Part shown: positions 40,101-49,500 of the stretch, in pieces | How the letters are laid out: every line of letters starts with the position of its first letter | How positions within the stretch are numbered: position 1 is the first letter of the stretch | Assembly (NCBI GenBank): GCA_040954595.2 | Contig: CM082586.2 | Location: forward strand, 4,758,409 to 4,822,408 | Direction of reading: 5' to 3' | Source: Balanoglossus misakiensis | Taxonomy: Eukaryota > Animalia > Hemichordata | DNA length: 64,000 nt | Program-made: the position numbers and the translations under genes | Notes under the pieces: generated by a model | What the model was told of the DNA's origin: nothing | Seen by the model: the letters and a program-made list of their open reading frames with translations, nothing else | Database searches by the model: none

Positions 40101-41791
40101 TGGATGTTTTACAGTTTAACGGGAATTGCAATCGCCCCCTTACTCGGCTTACATAAACCATTGCTCCCAATCCCCTTCGCGATTTCACGTCATTGTGCTT
40201 CCGATGCACGGGACTGGCGCATATGCACAATAATCGAATATTTCTCCGTTTAATCACGAGTTCTGTTTTTTCCACTGGTACCCCAGCCCGGAGTGATGGC
40301 ACAAAAGCAAACAGCGGCCTAAATTAATGTGTCCCTGCCAAATTAGATTATTTAAGTCAGTGAGTCGTTGATAATTCGCGATGAAGAAATTCGTGGCAAT
40401 TACACTCGTCAGCGCGCGGGTCAAGGGTATCACGAAGACACCGCCGAGCGTCGGGACGCATGCAAATATGCCGTGAAATCAGCCCCTACTATTCATATTA
40501 ATTATGCCAGTGGCAAAATTGTCCAGATTAATTTGCGACGCAATATATTCCAACAGCTCGCAGCTATTTTTATTTGTAAGTGTCAAGCAGTATCAAACGT
40601 TCTCGCGCGGTGTGGCCGCGTGCATAACCCTGTGAAGTGTTTATTAAAGCACTTTGCGACCAACAGTACCGAAGGCGTTGAATTGATTTTTTGCAACAGC
40701 GAGAACACGACGAGAACTCCGAACACGAAACCCGTGTGCATTTGAATTAGAACACGGGATATCATATGCAAATAGAGCGGCATCAACCCTGTGCGGGCGG
40801 GCTAATGGTCTTTCATCCGAACCGTCAAATACATCATCCCGTTACTTTCACTCTGTCGGAACGCGCGCAGTTCCCCCCCCCCCTTTTCCCGCCGGACGCT
40901 GAAATAAGGTCAGAGGGTCAAGGGTCATCGCACCCGGCCAGAACTATGTAAGGTAGCTTTGTACAGGTATGTTTGTGATGTGATAAAAACATGAAATTTT
41001 CGCAGAGACCGGGTGTCAACAATCTCCTGTACAGAAGCTGACATATAAAATGTTTGCGCAGTCCACAGGTTTCAAGAGAACACGCGCAGAATTCTGCTCC
41101 CTTTTGTATCCATTTCTTTCCAAGTCAAAGGAATTGATGTGTTTTCACCCTTTGAAAAATATATGGTGGCTGTCCGCATATGGATTACATTTCCCTGCCT
41201 CGCCACTGATTAAATAATTTATCTATTTTCCTCGTAACTTGAACTCGTTATTCGCGTGACCTGAACGAGGTTATTCCCCGCGACATCTCCCTGGAATCAG
41301 TACAGCGGCGCTCTGACGGTATCCTGGATGGTTTTGTCTCAAAGACCTACTGACGTCACTGAGCCAGTCAATATTTTCGCTACTTTTGGCGCCAGTTTGA
41401 AAAGCCGTCCGTCACATCGGTTTATGCCTTTTCCTAGTAGGTGAAAATGGTGTTGAAAGTGGCACACGTCGACAGTTCCTTGACTGGCACCCCCTTCAAT
41501 ACGCTCCTTTCATATCTGTTTGGTTCTAGATTCGGCTGCTCAAAAGCACGAGCCGTGAAAAGGTGAAGCACGTCTCACTAACAAAAATGTGCGTTCGTTT
41601 GTTCAGCAAAGTTCGCACACTGGCTGCGCACGATATGACTGTTCGCCCTTTAGATTATTGTATTACCGAGAATTTTGACACATCATGCATATAATTGTGT
41701 TACAAATTCCAGAACATTCGCCTAGGCCATACATTATGCAAGGTAAAACAAAAGAATTATAACAATACAAGTTTGACAATGTGACACTACA

Positions 41792-41888
41792 TGACGCAAT
41801 GACGCATGTTCGCTGCTGATTGGTTGGAACCACCTGGACCATCTCCACTTGGATATTTCCGTCTAGCCTTCCCCGTGCATTTTCATTT
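41792..41888 (+). promoter_or_regulatory. Candidate promoter of the satellite-adjacent transcript
   Basis: Tandem TGACGCA (41792, 41800), inverted CCAAT (ATTGG 41819-41823) and Inr-like TCATTT (~41883-41888), about 100 nt upstream of a consensus G|GTAAGT donor. Confidence 0.4.
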
Positions 41889-43215
41889 GAGAGTCAGACG
41901 GCCACGCTGTTGCACGGACCACGAGAAGATGCGGAGAACTCTGCCCCCGAAACAGAGTTTCTCCGCTGGATAGTCTTCATGACGACAGCGGTAAGTAAAG
42001 TAACAGAAGTAGACACATTTACTAAATTTTTGAACAGAAACATGGGTTATTCTGTGGCGAGTTACGGACAACTAAAACGCCAGACGTTGACACCGCGGAA
42101 TTGAAAAAAATTGGGTGCGCACAGTCAGACAGCTCGGGTCAGCGCCTTCGCTGCGTTTTATTCACAAATTCGACCCATTCGCGTTACTCAACTTGAGATG
42201 TACGGTTTATAAAATTAAGACAAGTCGGTGTTGAAGCTCTACTGGTGGGCGGCATGTTTTTTTTTACATAAAAAGGTAGTTTTTCGGGAAAGGGGAGGGG
42301 GCCGGGGCTACAACGAATTGCTAGCGGGTTCGGTGAATTGACAGTGGGCTCACGTGTAGTCAGCGTGTTTTCGAATTGTGAGCGAATGCAAATTTTGTAC
42401 TACCAGTCAATAGCAAAAATAAGCTTTGAAACGCTTCATTTGGAACAGTTTTTGCGTGTGTCCGTGAATTCTTGCCAAAAAAAATGTTGAATTTTAATAT
42501 GTTCCGCTTGGCTGTGGGCCTAACATTGAAAATGTGTGAACGTGGATAGTGCCAGGCTGGAGTTTAGGGGAACTTGTCTGTCAGCGAAGCCCTAAAATAT
42601 TTGTCGTCGCGTATGGTGTACAATATGCGAATGAACAACAGTTTGGCGTACGGTGACCCAGGTAGATATTTGGTTTCGTGTTTATGGACAGACTATTCAC
42701 TTCCCTTTCCTCGTTTTGCAGACTGATCCCGGATTTCTACGACCAAGCCACGTGTTGTAACTGTGCGAGGATAGTGCCTGTACGTTCCACGTGGATGCTA
42801 TGATGTTACAAGCATGATGTACAAGTAAGCGGTATTAGCCAAATTTTGGGCAATTTTTAAGATCTTTCAACGATTCTGACTGGTGCCGGTAGCCAGTTCA
42901 GCGAACCGGATTTTGAACAAACCTGGAAGTGCAACATTACGGATGCTATATGTGGATGTCATTTGAAAGTTTTGAAACCATCATGACCACATGCTCGGTG
43001 TATGGGTCAGTTTTGTTACGGCACCAACAAGTTCATCGACTTTGAATTCTTCGAAAGGTGCTCGTTGTTGTGAGTGTGTGTGCATGGTGCGTGTGTGTCA
43101 CGGTAAGTTGTACGGTATATTTGGGCCATGCAACTAGCCTACATTGAGGTGAGCGTTTGTGTGTTCCATGGCTGAATGAAGACCATTGGAGGAGTGGTTT
43201 CATAACAAGTAAGTT

Positions 43216-44032
43216 ATAGACATAAATAAAACCCCCGGTGCGGGTGGGTCCCATCCCTCAGACCGTCAGTTAATACTTAATACAAGTTTTTTGAGAAATG
43301 TTATCTTTCGTCATTATTCAATAAAAAAAATTAAAAACATGCACGCACACATAATACTTGGAGTAGTTTATTTCCGTACCGATCTTCTTCCCGTCGCGTC
43401 GCTGATATAGACATAAATAAAATCCCCGGGGCGGGTGGGTCCCATCGCTCAGACCGTCAGTTTTTGAGATATGTTATCTTTCGTCATTATTCAATAAAAA
43501 ATTAAAAACATGCACGCACTCATAATACTGAGAGTGGTTTTTTTCCGTACCGATCATCTTCCCCTCACGTATATAGTTGATGCAGGTTTTTGAGATATGT
43601 TATCTTTCGTCATTATTCAATAAAAAAAATTAAAAACATGCACGCACTCATAATTCTGAGAGTGGTTTATTTCCGTACCGATCATCTTCCCCTCACGTAT
43701 ATAGTTGATGCAGGTTTCTTGAGATATGTTATCTTTCGTCATTATTCAATAAAAAATTAAAAACATGCACGCACTCATAATTCTGAGAGTGGTTTATTTC
43801 CGTACCGATCATCTTCCCCTCACGTATATAGTTAATGCAGGTTTCTTGAGATATGTTATCTTTCGTCATTATTCAATAAAAAAATAAAAACATGCACGCA
43901 CTCATAATACTGAGAGTGGTTTATTTCCGTACCGATCATCTTCCCCTCACGTATATAGTTAATGCAGGTTTCTTGAGATATGTTATCTTTCGTCATTATT
44001 CAATAAAAAAAATAAAAACATGCACGCACTCA
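43216..44032. repeat. Minisatellite, ~127-bp unit, 6 copies of the core
   Basis: GAGA(T/A)ATGTTATCTTTCGTCATTATTCAATAAAAA..CATGCACGCAC starts at 43293, 43466, 43592, 43721, 43848 and 43975. The first two cores are preceded by a different ~55-bp segment (ATAGACATAAATAAAA..GCGGGTGGGTCCCATC..CAGACCGTCAG at ~43216 and ~43407). Confidence 0.95.
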
Positions 44033-44169
44033 CGCTTGTGTTTATGTCTCTGTTAGTCTGTCTTTATGGTAAATAATTTTTCTTTCCAGGTTGTATAATC
44101 AGAGTGGTTTTATTTGCACCTATTATCTTCGTGTGTATTTACTTTCTATTTTAGATTTGTCATAGATAT

Positions 44170-44580
44170 TAACTTTTTTTTTCTTGTTTTGCAGATGCAG
44201 AGACCAGAGTTTTTTCGCCATGCAGCGGTAGAGCTGGATGAGGTGTAATGTCGGGTATGTTCCATGGCTGAACGATCATGAATATTACAGACACTCACTT
44301 CATTTGCTTGTTTTTGCAGATCCAGAGACGAGATCAATTGGTAATGGTATTCATCAACCAAGCTGGGGCCCGAGTGACTAGTTATTGTCGCCATGCAGAA
44401 GTATAGCTGGGTGAGGTAAGGGCAGTATGTTCAATGGCTGAACGATCATGAATATCACAGACATTCACTTCGTTTCATTGTTTTGCAGATGCAGGGGCGA
44501 GATCAACTCATAATGGTATTGCATGCAGCAGTATAGCTGGGTGCGGTAAGGGCAGTATGTTCAACGGCTGCACGAAGACC
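44170..44580 (+). repeat. Three diverged tandem exon-intron modules (~125-170 bp)
   Basis: Repeated TTTTGCAG|AT(G/C)CAG..CATGCAG..TAGCTGG.TG.G|GT....GTATGTTC.A.GGCTG.ACGA at 44195, 44320 and 44489. Confidence 0.85.
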
Positions 44581-45420
44581 AGAGGTTTCAAGCAAGGTTT
44601 GTCAAGCGATTCATGGTGGCCATTTTGGATTTTGTTTTTCGATTCAGACTGGTGCCGTTACCCAGTCAAGCGAACTAATTTTGCACAAACCTGCATGTAA
44701 TAATATGGACCCGTTACTACACGTGGATGTCAATTCAATGTTTGAAAACCGACCTGATTGCCAGATGCATGGGGTGGCCATTTTGTTGTGACACAAACAT
44801 GTCCGCCATCTTTGTAGGAGACACTCCATTTACATAATTTTCATTTATTCCAGGGATCCCATAGATGATGCTAAGATGATTGCCAGCCTGTGTGATTGAA
44901 GTCCAGAGATTACTGAATGGTTTTGGGAAGGTAAGAATTGTGGTAAAGAAAATTATAGCAATGATGGAGACAATACATGGTAGAGGTGTGTGGGTGGGGG
45001 TGTGTTTGTTCACAATGTCCAAGAGTCTTCAGTTTAACCAAGTACAATTATAAACTTGGGCAGATTTCTATCGTTGTTGCAGTAAAATTTAATCAAGTTG
45101 CCAAAATAGTCATTTCTACTTTGCTTGCTTTGCAGATGCAAAGACCAGATGGGTATCCGACAACCAAGCCGAGGACGAAGTGTCCATTATCCGCGATGCA
45201 GCTGTAACTGTTACTGGCAGTCTGCAGTGACCACCTAACATCTAATGATTATAATAGTATTTCCTTTTGATGTTTACTGTACTTTGAAATTCTGTCTTGA
45301 ACATTTAAAATTTTGCTCAAAAAACTTTATATAATTGTCACTAACCACTATGTGTATATTTTGAAATTTAATTGATTTCAGAAATTATTTGTTTTTATTG
45401 GCTGGAGATGGTAACTTTGA

Positions 45421-45426
45421 AATAAA
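45421..45426 (+). terminator. Candidate polyadenylation signal (duplicated at 46458-46463)
   Basis: AATAAA at the end of an AT-rich UTR-like segment, followed ~35 nt later by TTGTGTCTGT. Confidence 0.4.
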
Positions 45427-45553
45427 AATTTTCAACGAACTAGATTGAAATGAAATACTTGTGTCTGTATCATTATATTACCCCAACACTACCTTGATGT
45501 TGAGATAATTGAAACGTGTAAGATCAAACTTAATTTGTAGCAAAGTCTGTTGC

Positions 45554-45802
45554 ATTTTCATGAGCTATAACCCCTGATTTCTATAAAAAAAAATGACCAA
45601 ATTTTGAAAATTCCCAAAGTCGAAAAATGGTGGTTTTTCGCGATTTTCATGGGCTATAACCCATGGTTTTTATCAAAAAATCACCAAATTTTGAAAATTC
45701 CCAAAGTCGAAAAATGCTCGATTTTTCGCGATTTTCCTGAGCTATAACCCATGGTTTTTATCAAAAATTGACTAAATTTTGAAAATTCCCAAAGTCGAAA
45801 AA
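45554..45802 (+). repeat. Orphan block of ~2.8 diverged 88-bp satellite monomers
   Basis: Same monomer as the main array but with several substitutions (cccctgatttc, ggtggttttt, gggctat, atcacc, atgctcg, attgact). Confidence 0.95.
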
Positions 45803-46590
45803 CCGACCTGATTGCCAGATGCATGGGGTGGCCATTTTGTTGTGACACAAACATGTCCGCCATCTTTGTAGGAGACGCCCCAATTACATAATTTTCATTT
45901 CTTCCAGGGATCCCATAGATGATGCTTAGATGATTGCCAGCCTGTGTGATTGAAGTCCAGAGATTACTGAATGGTTTTGGGAAGGTAAGAATTGTGGTAA
46001 AGAAAATTATAGCAATGATGGAGACAATACATGGTAGAGGTGTGTGGGTGGGGTGTGTTTGTTCACAATGTCCAGGAGTCGTCAGTTTAACCAAGTACAA
46101 TTATAAACTTGGGCAGATTTCTATCGATGTTGCAGTAAAATTTAATCAAGTTGCCAAAATAGTCATTTCTACTTTGCTTGCTTTGCAGATGCAAAGACCA
46201 GATGGGTATCCGACAACCAAGCCGAGGACGAAGTGTCCATTATCCGCGATGCAGCTGTTACTGTTACTGGCAGTCTGCAGTGACCACCTAACATATAATG
46301 ATAATAGTATTTCCTTTTGATGTTTACTGTACTTTGAAATTCTGTCTTTTGCTCAAAAAAACTTTATATAATTGTCACTAACCACTATGTGTATATTTTG
46401 GAATTTAATTGATTTCAGAAATTATTTGTTTTTATTGGCTGGAGATGGTAACTTTGAAATAAAAATTTTCAACGAACTAGATTGAAATGAAATACTTGTG
46501 TCTGTATCATTATATTACCCCAACACTACCTTGATGTTGAGATAATTGAAACGTGTAAGATCAAACTTAATTTGTAGCAAAGTCTGTTGC

Positions 46591-49500
46591 ATTTTCATGA
46601 GCTATAACCCATGGTTTTTTATCAAAAAATGACCAAATTTTGAAAATTCCCAAAGTCGAAAAATGGTCGATTTTTCGCGATTTTCCTGAGCTATAACCCA
46701 TGGTTTTTATCAAAAAATGACCAAATTTTTAAAATTCCCAAAGTCGAAAAATGGTCGATTTTTCGCGATTTTCCTGAGCTATAACCCATGGTTTTTATCA
46801 AAAAATGACCAAATTTTCAAAATTCCCAAAGTCGAAAAATGGTCGATTTTTCGCGATTTTCCTGAGCTATAACCCATGGTTTTTATCAAAAAATGACCAA
46901 ATTTTGAAAATTCCCAAAGTCGAAAAATGGTCGATTTTTCGCGATTTTCCTGAGCTATAACCCATGGTTTTTATCAAAAAATGACCAAATTTTCAAAATT
47001 CCCAAAGTCGAAAAATGGTCGATTTTTCGCGATTTTCCTGAGCTATAACCCATGGTTTTTATCAAAAAATGACCAAATTTTGAAAATTCCCAAAGTCGAA
47101 AAATGGTCGATTTTTCGCGATTTTCCTGAGCTATAACCCATGGTTTTTATCAAAAAATGACCAAATTTTGAAAATTCCCAAAGTCGAAAAATGGTCGATT
47201 TTTCGCGATTTTCCTGAGCTATAACCCATGGTTTTTATCAAAAAATGACCAAATTTTGAAAATTCCCAAAGTCGAAAAATGGTCGATTTTTCGCGATTTT
47301 CCTGAGCTATAACCCATGGTTTTTATCAAAAAATGACCAAATTTTGAAAATTCCCAAAGTCGAAAAATGGTCGATTTTTCGCGATTTTCCTGAGCTATAA
47401 CCCATGGTTTTTATCAAAAAATGACCAAATTTTGAAAATTCCAAAAGTCGAAAAATGGTCGATTTTTCGCGATTTTCCTGAGCTATAACCCATGGTTTTT
47501 ATCAAAAAATGACCAAATTTTGAAAATTCCCAAAGTCGAAAAATGGTCGATTTTTCGCGATTTTCCTGAGCTATAACCCATGGTTTTTATCAAAAAATGA
47601 CCAAATTTTGGAAATTCCCAAAGTCGAAAAATGGTCGATTTTTCGCGATTTTCCTGAGCTATAACCCATGGTTTTTATCAAAAAATGACCAAATTTTGAA
47701 AATTCCCAAAGTCGAAAAATGGTCGATTTTTCGCGATTTTCCTGAGCTATAACCCATGGTTTTTATCAAAATATGACCAAATTTTGAAAATTCCCAAAGT
47801 CGAAAAATGGTCGATTTTTCGCGATTTTCCTGAGCTATAACCCATGGTTTTTATCAAAAAATGACCAAATTTTGAAAATTCCCAAAGTCGAAAAATGGTC
47901 GATTTTTCGCGATTTTCCTGAGCTATAACCCATGGTTTTTATCAAAAAATGACCAAATTTTGAAAATTCCCAAAGTCGAAAAATGGTCGATTTTTCGCGA
48001 TTTTCCTGAGCTATAACCCATGGTTTTTATCAAAAAATGACCAAATTTTGAAAATTCCCAAAGTCGAAAAATGGTCGATTTTTCGCGATTTTCCTGAGCT
48101 ATAACCCATGGTTTTTATCAAAAAATGACCAAATTTTGAAAATTCCCAAAGTCGAAAAATGGTCGATTTTTCGCGATTTTCCTGAGCTATAACCCATGGT
48201 TTTTATCAAAAAATGACCAAATTTTGAAAATTCCCAAAGTCGAAAAATGGTCGATTTTTCGCGATTTTCCTGAGCTATAACCCATGGTTTTTATCAAAAA
48301 ATGACCAAATTTTGAAAATTCCCAAAGTCGAAAAATGGTCGATTTTTCGCGATTTTCCTGAGCTATAACCCATGTTTTTTCTCAAAAAATGACCAAATTT
48401 TGAAAATTCCCAAAGTCGAAAAATGGTCGATTTTTCGCGATTTTCCTGAGCTATAACCCATGGTTTTTATCAAAAAATGACCAAATTTTGAAAATTCCCA
48501 AAGTCGAAAAATGGTCGATTTTTCGCGATTTTCCTGAGCTATAACCCATGGTTTTTATCAAAAAATGACCAAATTTTGAAAATTCCCAAAGTCGTAAAAT
48601 GGTCGATTTTTCGCGATTTTCCTGAGCTATAACCCATGGTTTTTATCAAAAAATGACCAAATTTTGAAAATTCCCAAAGTCGAAAAATGGTCGATTTTTC
48701 GCGATTTTCCTGAGCTATAACCCATGGTTTTTATCAAAATATGACCAAATTTTGAAAATTCCCAAAGTCGAAAAATGGTCGATTTTTCGCGATTTTCCTG
48801 AGCTATAACCCATGGTTTTTATCAAAAAATGACCAAATTTTGAAAATTCCCAAAGTCGAAAAATGGTCGATTTTTCACGATTTTCCTGAGCTATAACCCA
48901 TGTTTTTTATCAAAAAATGACCAAATTTTGGAAATTCCCAAAGTCGAAAAATGGTCGATTTTTCGCGATTTTCCTGAGCTATAACCCATGGTTTTTATCA
49001 AAAAATGACCAAATTTTGAAAATTCCCAAAGTCGAAAAATGGTCGATTTTTCGCGATTTTCCTGAGCTATAACCCATGGTTTTTATCAAAATATGACCAA
49101 ATTTTGAAAATTCCCAAAGTCGAAAAATGGTCGATTTTTCGCGATTTTCCTGAGCTATAACCCATGGTTTTTATCAAAAAATGACCAAATTTTGAAAATT
49201 CCCAAAGTCGAAAAATGGTCGATTTTTCGCGATTTTCCTGAGCTATAACCCATGTTTTTTATCAAAAAATGACCAAATTTTGGAAATTCCCAAAGTCGAA
49301 AAATGGTCGATTTTTCGCGATTTTCCTGAGCTATAACCCATGGTTTTTATCAAAAAATGACCAAATTTTGAAAATTCCCAAAGTCGAAAAATGGTCGATT
49401 TTTCGCGATTTTCCTGAGCTATAACCCATGGTTTTTATCAAAATATGACCAAATTTTGAAAATTCCCAAAGTCGAAAAATGGTCGATTTTTCGCGATTTT

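Larger units (their letters stand above)
41885..45470 (+). ncRNA. Putative multi-exon long non-coding RNA (or decayed gene) built of duplicated exon/intron modules
   Basis: Alternating canonical splice signals give candidate exons ~41885-41990, 42722-42824, 44195-44242, 44320-44415, 44489-44545, 44854-44930 and 45136-~45445. Acceptors are mostly (Y)nTTTGCAG; donors are mostly GTAAG. AATAAA at 45421-45426 is followed by a GT-rich tract (~45459). Hand-splicing gives stops in every frame tried. No expression evidence is available. Confidence 0.5.
44744..46597 (+). repeat. Tandem duplication of ~1.05 kb (unique 3' segment plus array edge)
   Basis: 44749-45560 is repeated at 45803-46597 (offset 1054 at the start). 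By eye there are about 11 substitutions and 4 indels. Confidence 0.97.

Noticed and set aside
43293-44032. CRISPR, snoRNA cluster or miR-190-like repeat
   Set aside because: Spacers are not unique, there is no proper C/D box pair, and only the first ~9 nt (AGATATGTT) resemble miR-190 with no hairpin.
44854-45230. Spliced peptide DPIDDAKMIASLCD*SPEITEWFWEDAKTRW..., superficially like the HECT 'WFWE' motif or a UGA-selenocysteine read-through
   Set aside because: In-frame TGA in both copies, no other HECT motifs, no CxxU arrangement and no SECIS identified. The similarity is too short to support.
46598-46685. CENP-B box in the monomer
   Set aside because: TTCG is present but the downstream A..CGGG core positions are not matched on either strand.
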